The notes under the pieces are model-generated. The model did no database searches, was not told where the DNA came from, and was given only the letters and a program-made list of their open reading frames with translations. A stretch of 34,510 nt of DNA from an uncultured bacterium (GTDB lineage Bacteria; Babelota; Babeliae; Babelales; RVW-14): contig CAVXAT010000021.1 of NCBI GenBank assembly GCA_963759805.1, forward strand, positions 1-34,510, written 5' to 3'. Within the stretch, counting starts at the first letter, position 1; each line of letters opens with the position of its first letter. Position numbers and translations under genes: made by a program. Shown one piece after another: positions 9,649-18,928 of this stretch.

Positions 9649-9769
9649 TTACATCCCCTCTTTGAGAATCATACAAATCAAAACTTTAACAAATTATAAA
9701 TGGTTACGGCGCGAAAAGAAAGAAAAAGTTAATAGCGTAAATCTAAAGCTTAAAAATCTAGGCTTTTCC

Positions 9770-9797
9770 TTGACTAACGCCAAATTTAAAGTAAGCT
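9770..9797 (+). promoter_or_regulatory. Putative sigma70 promoter for the 9867 gene and mreB
   Basis: TTGACT-N16-TAAGCT upstream of 9867. Confidence 0.4.
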
Positions 9798-9866
9798 CAG
9801 TGCTTAACACAAGCTGTTTTTTAGTAATGAAACGTTAAAATTTTGTACAAAAAATTTGGATAAAAA

Positions 9867-11213
9867 ATGATTTCAAGCCGAGCTTACTCTTTAATTTTAT
9901 TAATCCTTTTAATCCCAACTGCTGTGTTGGCAACTCACACAGGAGGCAGGTACAGTCTTTTTCTTGAAAAACCGGAATCTTACATAACCAAGCAACGATC
10001 GCTTATTGATGTTTCTGTTTTTTACGCAACAGCATCTACAGCTTGCAGTCGCTACGGCGGCTCATGCGGAATACCGGAACTTTATGGATCCTATAATTTA
10101 AAGGACGTAATTTACAGCTTACAACAAGCAAATCCGGGGGAGTACGAGGGGGATAATAATCCAATTTATACAGTTACAAACTCACATGCTCTTGATGGGA
10201 AAAATTTGCCATTTAGTGTTACAGGAAAAATAAACACCGTTGGGCTAATCTTGGATTATGAACAAAATTTGAGATTCATAAACCTAAAAAATTTTACGAT
10301 TGGGCTTTGGCTTCCAGTAATGAATTCGGATGTAGTTAGCCGTTTTGAATTTGATAGAAAAAAATATGGTCGCATAACTGATCCGGAAGTTCAGAAAATC
10401 GATGAAATTAGAAGGCTTACACATAAAGAGATCGGATTTGAGGGAACAAATATTTCACGAGGCGGTGTTGGCGACATTGATGCGCATTTACGCTGGAACT
10501 ATTTTTTAGATCATAAATTGCTGATGCGAAGCATTGATCTGAATATACAGGGCGGCGTAGTAATTCCAACAGGTCGCAAAATGAATATCGATTATCCGGC
10601 ATCAGCCCCATTCATGAATGACGGACACTGGGGTTTATATCTCGATTTTGTGCCGGAGTTTGAATTGAAACAGGATCTAAAAGTTGGTTTAATTATCGGC
10701 GGGCTTTGGCAATTCAATGACATGCAAACTCGCAGGGTCGCAATTTACAAAGAACCTAGTAACTATAGCGCTTTGATTGGAAAAATTAAAATAGATCCGG
10801 GCAATGTATTTAAAGTTTCACCATATCTTACACTTGAAAATCTTGCCGATGGTGCACATATTCAAATTCGTTATACATATTTAAGACATGGTATGGATAA
10901 ATGGACCGACAAACGAGGAACTGAATCGATTGAATCAATTCCATGCTATCTAGAAACAGAAGCTCGAATAGATCCGAATAATCCCAAAAAGGATATAACA
11001 CACGATGATCTTGCAGAAAACTTGCATTACAAAAATCAGCTGTCAAAATGGAGCGCTCAGTATTTCACAATCGAGGCAATCTATGATTCAAAACTTGCAT
11101 TAAAAAATTGGAGTATGAATCCTAAATTTTACGCATCTTATGATATGCCAATTAGTGTTAATGGTTTTTGTAAAACGTATATGATAACATTAGGTGCGCA
11201 ACTTTTCTTTTAA
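9867..11213 (+). CDS. Exported hypothetical protein, possible outer-membrane beta-barrel
   Basis: Signal peptide ending AVLA; alternating beta-strand-like segments; GVGDID and IPTG motifs; C-terminal ITLGAQLFF with terminal Phe. Confidence 0.6.
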   Translation: MISSRAYSLILLILLIPTAVLATHTGGRYSLFLEKPESYITKQRSLIDVSVFYATASTACSRYGGSCGIPELYGSYNLKDVIYSLQQANPGEYEGDNNPIYTVTNSHALDGKNLPFSVTGKINTVGLILDYEQNLRFINLKNFTIGLWLPVMNSDVVSRFEFDRKKYGRITDPEVQKIDEIRRLTHKEIGFEGTNISRGGVGDIDAHLRWNYFLDHKLLMRSIDLNIQGGVVIPTGRKMNIDYPASAPFMNDGHWGLYLDFVPEFELKQDLKVGLIIGGLWQFNDMQTRRVAIYKEPSNYSALIGKIKIDPGNVFKVSPYLTLENLADGAHIQIRYTYLRHGMDKWTDKRGTESIESIPCYLETEARIDPNNPKKDITHDDLAENLHYKNQLSKWSAQYFTIEAIYDSKLALKNWSMNPKFYASYDMPISVNGFCKTYMITLGAQLFF

Positions 11214-11257
11214 ATAATTATTTATAAAGTTGTTTGATAATTTAAAGGTTGTATGAT

Positions 11258-12295
11258 ATGAAATTTTTTCCGGCAACGAGACTTTTTAGTTTCTTTTCTA
11301 ATGACATGGCAATTGACCTGGGAACTGCCAACACCGTAATTTATGTTAAAAATCGCGGTATTGTTCTCAACCAACCATCAGTGGTAGCGGTAAAATCTAC
11401 ATCAAATGAAGTTTTGGCCGCTGGGGATAAAGCAAAATGTATGTTGGGTAAAACTCCTGAAAGTATAACGGCTAGCCGTCCAATGAAAGACGGAGTTATC
11501 GCCAATTTCGAATTAACCGAAAGCATGCTGCGTTACTTTATCAGTGAAGTTCACAACAATCGTCGTACGTTAGTAAGACCACGTATGATTATCGGAGTTC
11601 CATCAGGAATTACACAGGTTGAAAAACGCGCAGTTGAGGATTCTGCCAAACAGGCCGGCGCACGCGAAGTTTTTACAATCATGGAACCAATGGCGGCAGC
11701 AATCGGATCCGGGCTACCCGTAAATGAACCTACAGGCAACATGATAGTTGACATAGGTGGAGGAACAACTGAGGTTGCTATTATTTCGCTAAAAGATATT
11801 GTTTACTGTAAGTCGGTAAGAGTCGGCGGCGACGAAATGGATCAAGCAATTGTTCAGTATGTTAAGAAAAAATACAATCTGTTGATCGGTGAGAAAACAG
11901 CAGAAGATATTAAAATGAAAATTGGAACGGCAATGTTGACTGATGACGTTAAGCAAGTTGAAGTCAAAGGACGCGACCTTGTAACGGGAGTTCCAAAAAC
12001 CGCGCGCCTTACTTCGCTGGAAACATTCGAGGCATTAACCGAACCAATTTCTATCATTGTTGATGCGGTAAGATCTGCGCTTGAAAATACTCCACCTGAA
12101 CTTTCATCTGATCTGGTCGATCGTGGAATTATGCTTTCCGGTGGCGGATCACAACTTAAGAATCTTGACGTACTACTTTCAAAAGAAACCGGCTTACCTG
12201 TTAAAGTTGCTCAAGATCCACTCTTGTGCGTGGTGCTTGGAGCAGGACAGGTTCTGGAAGAGTTGGATAATTTTAGAGAAGCCTTGCTGAAGTGA
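11258..12295 (+). CDS. mreB: Rod shape-determining protein MreB
   Basis: AIDLGTANT, RPMKDGVIA, EPMAAAIG, VDIGGGTTE, GGDEMD, TPPEL, LSGGGS. ATG 11258 or TTG 11249. Confidence 0.98.
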   Translation: MKFFPATRLFSFFSNDMAIDLGTANTVIYVKNRGIVLNQPSVVAVKSTSNEVLAAGDKAKCMLGKTPESITASRPMKDGVIANFELTESMLRYFISEVHNNRRTLVRPRMIIGVPSGITQVEKRAVEDSAKQAGAREVFTIMEPMAAAIGSGLPVNEPTGNMIVDIGGGTTEVAIISLKDIVYCKSVRVGGDEMDQAIVQYVKKKYNLLIGEKTAEDIKMKIGTAMLTDDVKQVEVKGRDLVTGVPKTARLTSLETFEALTEPISIIVDAVRSALENTPPELSSDLVDRGIMLSGGGSQLKNLDVLLSKETGLPVKVAQDPLLCVVLGAGQVLEELDNFREALLK

Positions 12296-12298
12296 AGC

Positions 12299-12324
12299 AT
12301 GCCACACAGTAAACTGTGTGGCAT
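12299..12324. terminator. Perfect hairpin immediately after mreB
   Basis: ATGCCACACAGT-AA-ACTGTGTGGCAT; no U-tract, so terminator function is uncertain. Confidence 0.5.
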
Positions 12325-12384
12325 CAAACGTAATCTCGCCATAGCCTGTTATTAACTTACTAAGCGGATAAAATAAAATTTTCA

Positions 12385-12448
12385 AAACTTGCATTTTTAT
12401 AAATTTTTTCAATAAGCTCGTCTGTAAATAGACGGGCTTATTTTTTAA
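12385..12448 (+). promoter_or_regulatory. Element A copy 1 (promoter-like boxes overlapping a hairpin)
   Basis: TTGCAT-N18-TAAGCT; stem AATAAGCTCGTCT-GTAAAT-AGACGGGCTTATT then T-run. Confidence 0.75.
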
Positions 12449-12470
12449 ATTATTTAAGGAATGTATGTTT

Positions 12471-15400
12471 ATGAAAAAACTTATAAAAATCATTCTAATT
12501 TTTTGTGTTTTGTTTTATGGACAATCAAATGCAATGCAATCCAAAGAGTTAAAAGACAAACTCAGCATTCTCAAAACAAATCTTGGAAATTTAAAAGACC
12601 AACTAACAACATTAAATCAGAAGTTGGGAAGTTTGAAGAATAAACTAACAGGGACTGAACCAACAGGGGCCAAGCCAACAAGTGTCACAGAATTAGCCGA
12701 CAAACAAGCTTTTATACGTGATAAACAAACAAACCATTACAACAAAACAACACTCGATGATAAAGCGGTTAAACAGGGTTATGGCTATAAAACAGCCAAT
12801 TTAATGGAATTACAAAAATTATGTCAAGACAATGAAGGTAAAGGCATTTCCTGTTATGGTTATAAAATACAAGTTCCAACCATTGCCGGAATTACATCTG
12901 AAGAAATAGTACAATTTTTAGAAAAATATTGCAAAATCGACATAAATGATCTCTGGAGCAAGTTAATTCAAAAATATTTTCCAAACTTTATAACTGAACA
13001 AAAGCAAACCCTGCAAACTTTATTTACTGAACAAAAGTTTCCGGATAAGTTTCTTGATGAATTGAAAACAACAATTGAAGAAAGTGTTTCGAGTAAGATT
13101 AAGGAATTAAATTTTGCGTCACCTGAGATATTTATACAATCATTTTCGCCTGATATGCAAGTTGCACTAACAGAGTTATTTAAACAAATAGGAACCAATG
13201 ATCGCTTCATGGTACGTAGCACAGGTCGCGAGGACACAGAAGAACTTGCAAATGCAGGGGGTAATGAGAGCGTTGCCAACGTTCAAAAAGAAATCAAAGA
13301 TATTTTAAATGCAATGGCGATAGTTGTAAGTTCATATTTTAGTGCAAAATCAATGACACAACGCTTGGGAGCAAGAGATCCAAATTTACTTGATGCTCCA
13401 TTTACTCCTGTTTTATTCCAGAAAATGGTTGGTGAAACAGCGCAAGAAAAACCTTCTGCAGGAATTAACACTGAAGAACGTAAGACAATCACTCGCTGTG
13501 GTGTAATGTACACAGAAGAACCGGAGGGTAGTACTTATAATATCAATGGAAAAACATCAGGATTAACCTTAGCTCAAGTTTCATATGGACATAACGAAGG
13601 GGTTGTAAATAGTATAGTCCCTGTGGATAGTTTTTATATTGATAAAGATCTTGATATACACGCCATTATAAGGCCCAAACCATTCCGACTAGTCCCAACA
13701 ACTAAAAAAGAACAAGAAGCAGATCAATCAGCTAACAACCCTATAAAAAAATTAAAACGTGCCGACAATACTCCTGCTTTTGCAAATCTTGAAACTATTT
13801 CTAATAGTGCAGTTAAATGCCTTAAATTTATTGCTGATATGCTTGAAGCATATTATCAAAAACCAATGGATGTGGAATTTGTTATTGATGAAAAAACAAA
13901 AACAGTATACCTTGTGCAAACTAGGCCCATACCTCAGACAGAAACGGATCCTGCATCATATTTAACAATAGATTTTAACACTTACAAGAGCAATGTTATT
14001 GATGCAGAAGTTATTGTAGGTGCCGGTGGGGCATTGAAGTTTATATCAAATGATGATCAAGTTATAGATGCGAAAACGATTGGGGAAGCTCTTCGTATAT
14101 ATCAGGAACCTAGTATAATTAAAAAGGATATTTTTTGTGTAATCATTGGAGAAAATGCACCGGCAACTTCGCATGAAGCTGCAACGTTTAGGGGTGAAGG
14201 CAAGCCTGTAATTTACGTAAAAGACTTTAAAAACATTGACGCATTACTTGACCAAGAAGATTTTAGATTTGTTATAGATATTCAGCAGGGCAAAATTGTA
14301 AATTGGGCAAAAGCTGGTTTTACAGAAAAAAGTCTAGATGAAGTTTTAGCCCAGTCTTCAAGTGCTGTAAAAGGTTGGTTTTCTTATCCAACCCCAAAAC
14401 TGATTTCTCTTTACTCAGAGCGAAAGATAAATAACTGGACTGATTTGCCCATGACAGAAAATGTTTTTGGAAAACAATTTAAAAATGAAAAGCTTGACGA
14501 TATTGCAAAGCATTATAAAAAAACCAGCAAAGAATTAAGCTTTAATTTTTTTATTCAGATACTTAAAAACAAAGAGACTCAAACCCAAAGTGAGATTTCT
14601 TGGGCCTTGCGAGGTATGCTACATTATCTTGGATCCGTAACAAAAAAATTAAATGAAGCTAAATTCCAAAGTTCTGAAATTAATCTTTTAAATAATTTTA
14701 TTCTGTATTATTCCAAGAGGATTCTCGACCTTTGGGCAGCCCCAAAACCAAATGATCTCGCGTTCAGAATGAATTATCTGTTTTTAGTCAACAAATTAGA
14801 GGCACTGATTTATCAACAACCAGGAGACGAAATTATTAATGGATATTCCATCGCGCAAATTTTAAAAGCTCTTAAAGAAGAAAAACTGGTACAATCAGAC
14901 ATTAAAAAAATAGCACCTGCAGGTAAGCCGGATATTTACACAATTCAACTTTCAAGAATGGGGTTATATGCATTAACACCAGAAATAAAACAAGATTGGT
15001 TAGCGTTTGTACTGAAAGTTCAATCTTTACGAAAAGCTGATAAAGCTGATTGGGAGTCAAAGAATAAATTAAAGCTACTCGTCGTAAAGCTTACAGAGCT
15101 TGGAATTGCCGAAATGTGGCTTAATACTTCATTTATGCAAAGCAAGGGACAAGACGCACAAGCTCGAATAAATAAGTTATTTAATGAAATTTTCGATGAA
15201 AAATATCAATTAAAGCCATTTTTATTAACACTCAATATATATAAACAAAAAATCGATGTCTTAAATCTTGAAGGAGTTGATGACTCTGCCAGCTTTTTAA
15301 AGGTATGGAATGACTTTTATGAAAATGTTTTATCTTATTTTATTGCTGAGCCTTTTAAGCAAGATTTCATAGCAGCAACAACAAATATTGAAAAATTAGC

Positions 15401-17099
15401 AGCAGTACAACTTATGGAGGCTCTGGTTAACAAATTTGATGCTGCAATAAAAATCATGGAATGGAGTGATAAATATAAATTTGCAGAAACAAATGCAACC
15501 GAAGATATAAAAACTGTAATTGATAAAAATGATCCCAAAATAATCAGCACTGAAATAAAAGACAACAAAAATAGGATACTTACTTTTAGTTTCATGCTTT
15601 ATTATTATTTTGAACTTTTACACAATTGGTACAACATTTTAGAATCGACAGGATTTGCGAGTGAATTGAGTGGATATGGCAAATATCCAATAAAAGATGT
15701 TTTAAGTTGGGATATGTCCCAACTTGCGTTAACCGCCCCATGGGGTAAGCAAGATAAGCCGCAGTATAAGATGGGCGCTCTTTTGCGAAACGCATCAATG
15801 AATACAAATTCGACAGACGGCGTCTATCAGCTCGGTACTACATGGCTTTTTAATGTAAATTTTTCTAAGATAGGATCAGGCATATATTATGGAATGATAT
15901 TTCCTAAAAACGATGCTGGTTCTTTCAGCGTCAGACTTGAAGATATGTTTACCACAATTCATCAAAGTTTACTTGTAATTATTGGGAAAATAACTGATAA
16001 ATATGGCCCAGACGAGGCCAACATGCCTCTAGAATTTAAAAATGCTTGCAATGCAATAAAAGATACAATAAATAAATATACTCAACTTCGTACAAAAAAA
16101 ACCAATGCCATAACAACTTTTACAAAAAAACTAAATAATGGAAAATTCAAGGTTGAATATAGCTATGCACAAAAAGATCATAACTCAACAATTAAAATGG
16201 CGTATGAAAAAATAAAGAATAATGAAATACTCAAAATCGCATTTGTTACTTTTGGACAAGATCAATTTGCTCGATTTGAGATTCTTGATGACATTGCTGA
16301 GGTGTTAAGTGATTTATATAAACTTGGACCAATAAATATAAAACCATACGAAGATACGGAAATTAAACTTTCTTGGAAGATTAATGACAAGGTCAATTTC
16401 GAATCTATTTCTAAAAATATAGCAACTTGTATATTCTTTTTATCAGAGATCGAGAGTTTACGTTACCCGGAAGCTACAATAAGCTTTTTGTTAGATAATA
16501 CGGTATTCGATCGGGATACAAAGAAGCAAATTAAATATCCAATAATGGAGCTATTCCAAAATTCTTTCACAGACAAAATAATAGAAAAAATAATCGATTT
16601 ATCGGCTAATTCGAACAAAAATCGAATCTACTGGCCATTAAAAGAGATTTTATTGGAAAAGATAGAATATGTCGATAAAGAAACAAATAACTTAACCCAC
16701 AAGAATATATCTAAATCCAAGCAATTTAATTTTGATTCTGTAAAGGAGCCTCTAAAAACTATTTTGAAAAATATAGGAAATTTAGAAACCCCTTACGCAA
16801 AAAAATCTATGCTTTATTTGGATAGGCAAAGATTGGAGAATAAGAAATATAGTTCATCGGATAAAGATAGCGTAGCCCACAAGCATGAATATAGTTCATC
16901 ATCCGAGGAGGAATATAGCTCATCATCCGAGGAAGAATATGGTGCAGCTCCCGAGGATCTTGATAAAGCAAAAGCTGATTTACAAAGTATTGTAGACAAA
17001 ATTAAACAACTTATCGCAAAAAAGCAGCCCACAAAGATTAAGCACCCCGTAAAAACAAAACAACCCATAAAATCCAAGATTAAACAACCAAAAAAATAA
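12471..17099 (+). CDS. Large exported PEP-synthase/dikinase-like protein (ATP-grasp + phospho-His swivel + unknown C-terminal region)
   Basis: Signal peptide MKKLIKIILIFCVLFYGQSNA; GYKTANL, VRSTGRED..NAGGNES, FQKMV, DVEF, LVQTRPI (PPDK_N-like); TSHEAATFRGEGKP (PEP-utiliser mobile domain). Start 12471 or 12465. Confidence 0.8.
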   Translation: MKKLIKIILIFCVLFYGQSNAMQSKELKDKLSILKTNLGNLKDQLTTLNQKLGSLKNKLTGTEPTGAKPTSVTELADKQAFIRDKQTNHYNKTTLDDKAVKQGYGYKTANLMELQKLCQDNEGKGISCYGYKIQVPTIAGITSEEIVQFLEKYCKIDINDLWSKLIQKYFPNFITEQKQTLQTLFTEQKFPDKFLDELKTTIEESVSSKIKELNFASPEIFIQSFSPDMQVALTELFKQIGTNDRFMVRSTGREDTEELANAGGNESVANVQKEIKDILNAMAIVVSSYFSAKSMTQRLGARDPNLLDAPFTPVLFQKMVGETAQEKPSAGINTEERKTITRCGVMYTEEPEGSTYNINGKTSGLTLAQVSYGHNEGVVNSIVPVDSFYIDKDLDIHAIIRPKPFRLVPTTKKEQEADQSANNPIKKLKRADNTPAFANLETISNSAVKCLKFIADMLEAYYQKPMDVEFVIDEKTKTVYLVQTRPIPQTETDPASYLTIDFNTYKSNVIDAEVIVGAGGALKFISNDDQVIDAKTIGEALRIYQEPSIIKKDIFCVIIGENAPATSHEAATFRGEGKPVIYVKDFKNIDALLDQEDFRFVIDIQQGKIVNWAKAGFTEKSLDEVLAQSSSAVKGWFSYPTPKLISLYSERKINNWTDLPMTENVFGKQFKNEKLDDIAKHYKKTSKELSFNFFIQILKNKETQTQSEISWALRGMLHYLGSVTKKLNEAKFQSSEINLLNNFILYYSKRILDLWAAPKPNDLAFRMNYLFLVNKLEALIYQQPGDEIINGYSIAQILKALKEEKLVQSDIKKIAPAGKPDIYTIQLSRMGLYALTPEIKQDWLAFVLKVQSLRKADKADWESKNKLKLLVVKLTELGIAEMWLNTSFMQSKGQDAQARINKLFNEIFDEKYQLKPFLLTLNIYKQKIDVLNLEGVDDSASFLKVWNDFYENVLSYFIAEPFKQDFIAATTNIEKLAAVQLMEALVNKFDAAIKIMEWSDKYKFAETNATEDIKTVIDKNDPKIISTEIKDNKNRILTFSFMLYYYFELLHNWYNILESTGFASELSGYGKYPIKDVLSWDMSQLALTAPWGKQDKPQYKMGALLRNASMNTNSTDGVYQLGTTWLFNVNFSKIGSGIYYGMIFPKNDAGSFSVRLEDMFTTIHQSLLVIIGKITDKYGPDEANMPLEFKNACNAIKDTINKYTQLRTKKTNAITTFTKKLNNGKFKVEYSYAQKDHNSTIKMAYEKIKNNEILKIAFVTFGQDQFARFEILDDIAEVLSDLYKLGPINIKPYEDTEIKLSWKINDKVNFESISKNIATCIFFLSEIESLRYPEATISFLLDNTVFDRDTKKQIKYPIMELFQNSFTDKIIEKIIDLSANSNKNRIYWPLKEILLEKIEYVDKETNNLTHKNISKSKQFNFDSVKEPLKTILKNIGNLETPYAKKSMLYLDRQRLENKKYSSSDKDSVAHKHEYSSSSEEEYSSSSEEEYGAAPEDLDKAKADLQSIVDKIKQLIAKKQPTKIKHPVKTKQPIKSKIKQPKK
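16887..16940 (+). repeat. 24-bp coding tandem repeat (EYSSSSEE x2 plus partial)
   Basis: GAATATAG(T/C)TCATCATCCGAGGA(G/A) twice, then GAATAT. Confidence 0.9.
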
Positions 17100-17145
17100 T
17101 AGTATTTTCATTGATAGCTTGGACTTGTTAATCAAGCTTTCAAGG

Positions 17146-17206
17146 ACTTGCATTCTTATAACTTTTTTCAAGAAGCTCGCCCATTTACAGTCGAGCTTCT
17201 TTTTTA
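17146..17206 (+). terminator. Element A copy 2, between convergent genes; probable bidirectional terminator
   Basis: ACTTGCATTCTTATAACTTTTTT then AAGAAGCTCG-N12-CGAGCTTCTT-TTTT. Confidence 0.75.
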
Positions 17207-17207
17207 G

Positions 17208-18596
17208 TTATTTTTTGATGGCTTCAGGAATTGTGATAACACGCCCCTCTTCTGTTTCTCTACATACCGGACATGGTCTATCATGAGACCAACCTTTATT
17301 CTTAACCGCATGACCGCATTGATATAAAAAAATCTCTTCACCTACTGCAAATGGTTCCAACGTAACTGGACATTCTTCGCTTTCGACATATTTTTCCCTA
17401 CTCGTGGAAGAAAGCGTACGTAAAACAAGCACCCCAGCGTCATTCAGATATGCAATAATCGGTTTATCTGGCGCAGGCGCTGCTAATGCCTTGAATAAAC
17501 GCATAGAAGATTCTCGCGCACTCTCATCAATATCACCTATGCCTTTGGATGCAGCCGCTACTGCTTCTGAGAACCCCTCCTGCAATGGTTCTATCTTACG
17601 AGCCATCATTTTCCCAACACCAGGCGCATGTAATCGGTCTGATATGGCAGGAAAATTTGACACAATAAATTTATACTCCTCATCTGTAAATCCAAATACC
17701 GCTTTAAATCTAGCTTCGTCTCTAAACACAGTCATGCCCCTAACAAATCCATCAACAAACCAATCCCATCCCCTCATTGAATCACGCCTAAAGGCCTTAG
17801 CAATTAAATCATCAATTCTTTCTGAATCCACTGCTGGTCTCGGTGGTAGGGCTGCTGCTGCCGGTACAGGCACTGCTGCTGGTGCAGGTTCAGTTATTCT
17901 TTCCTCCATAAGCTCCTGAATTCCAGGGGCTCGTAGTCGCTCGAGAATTTGGCCGTGATTAGACCAGAAATACTCGATCTCCTCAACTGTATATCCAAAA
18001 ACTATTTTACAATTACGAACTGTCGAGAAATAATCGCTATAACCCAATCGAACAAAATTACTTTTAAATCCTTCCCAATCACTTCCATGACGAATCGAAT
18101 AAGCCCTAAAGGCTTTAGCAATTAAATCATCAATTCTTTCTAAATTCACTGCTGGTGCCAGGGGTAGTTCCTTTGGTGTCGGGAATAGTTCCGCTGCTGC
18201 TACTGCCGGTCGTGGTTGCACAAATGGTGTAGATGCTTCAGTTATCCTTACCTCCATAAGCTCCTGCATTTCAGGAGCACCTAGTCGATTTCTTATGCGT
18301 CTAAGATTAGACCTATAATACTCATATTCCTCATCTGTATATCCAAACATTATTTTAAAATCATCTCGATTCTCACCAAATCTAGCAAGGTTTTGTTTAA
18401 ATCCTTCCCAATCACTTCCATGACGAATCGAATAAGCCCTAAAGGCTTTAGCAATTAAATCATCAATTCTTTCTAAATTCACTGCTGGTGTCGGGGGTAG
18501 TGCCGCTGCGCTTACTTGCTGCAAACACGATAAACATAAAAAAATAATCAGCATAAAAGACATGCCCAAAGCACCGTATTTATTCACGCGAAGCAT
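17208..18596 (-). CDS. Exported repeat protein with a C-terminal degenerate RING/U-box-like finger
   Basis: RBS GAGAGGG before ATG 18596; hydrophobic leader; three ERIDDLIAKAFR modules; one HEAT-like unit; CPVTLEPF..CGH..W..CPVCR. Confidence 0.75.
   Translation of the reverse strand: MLRVNKYGALGMSFMLIIFLCLSCLQQVSAAALPPTPAVNLERIDDLIAKAFRAYSIRHGSDWEGFKQNLARFGENRDDFKIMFGYTDEEYEYYRSNLRRIRNRLGAPEMQELMEVRITEASTPFVQPRPAVAAAELFPTPKELPLAPAVNLERIDDLIAKAFRAYSIRHGSDWEGFKSNFVRLGYSDYFSTVRNCKIVFGYTVEEIEYFWSNHGQILERLRAPGIQELMEERITEPAPAAVPVPAAAALPPRPAVDSERIDDLIAKAFRRDSMRGWDWFVDGFVRGMTVFRDEARFKAVFGFTDEEYKFIVSNFPAISDRLHAPGVGKMMARKIEPLQEGFSEAVAAASKGIGDIDESARESSMRLFKALAAPAPDKPIIAYLNDAGVLVLRTLSSTSREKYVESEECPVTLEPFAVGEEIFLYQCGHAVKNKGWSHDRPCPVCRETEEGRVITIPEAIKK
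18063..18490 (-). repeat. Identical 95-bp intragenic direct repeats (18063-18157 and 18396-18490); diverged third copy near 17788-17840
   Basis: Direct comparison of the sequence. Confidence 0.9.
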
Positions 18597-18666
18597 GGAA
18601 AACCCTCTCATTTTAAAAATTATTCCTAACAAGCACCCCGAAAGGTCTAAAACATATATCAATTCT

Positions 18667-18696
18667 AGCCTAATATAATAATACCCAATTTGTCAA
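18667..18696 (-). promoter_or_regulatory. Putative sigma70 promoter of the RING-like gene
   Basis: Minus strand TTGACA-N18-TAGGCT. Confidence 0.45.
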
Positions 18697-18728
18697 TTAA
18701 ATATAAATAATCCGCTATATCAGCAATT

Positions 18729-18827
18729 CCTGTTAATGCTGCCCAAGATCCACTCTTGTGCGTGGTGCTCGGAGCCGGACAGGTTCTGGAAGAGTTGGAT
18801 AATTTTAGAGAAGCTTTAATGCGATAA
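18729..18827 (+). repeat. Duplicated 3' end of mreB (99 bp, direct repeat of 12197-12295)
   Basis: 87/99 identical by manual alignment; reads PVNAAQDPLLCVVLGAGQVLEELDNFREALMR* versus PVKVAQDPLLCVVLGAGQVLEELDNFREALLK*. Confidence 0.95.
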
Positions 18828-18900
18828 AGTTTTTCCAAACTTGCATTCTTATAACTTTTTTTAATAAGCTCGGCTTTAAATAGGCGAGTTTATTTGTTTT
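18823..18900 (+). promoter_or_regulatory. Element A copy 3
   Basis: GATAAA..TCCAAACTTGCAT-N18-TAAGCT; stem AATAAGCTCG..CGAGTTTATT. Confidence 0.8.
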
Positions 18901-18928
18901 GAAAGAAAGTAACTTAAGGAGCCTTTCG

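Noticed and set aside
12471..17099. Annotation as housekeeping ppsA/ppdK
   Set aside because: Has a signal peptide, is about twice the usual length, and lacks recognisable C-terminal PEP/pyruvate-binding motifs.
17155..17212. Element A as an integron attC site (TAAC...GTTA flanking the stem, with the RING gene stop inside TAAC)
   Set aside because: Only copy 2 has symmetric AAC/GTT boxes; no extrahelical-base pattern, most copies sit upstream of genes as promoters, and no integron integrase is in the window.
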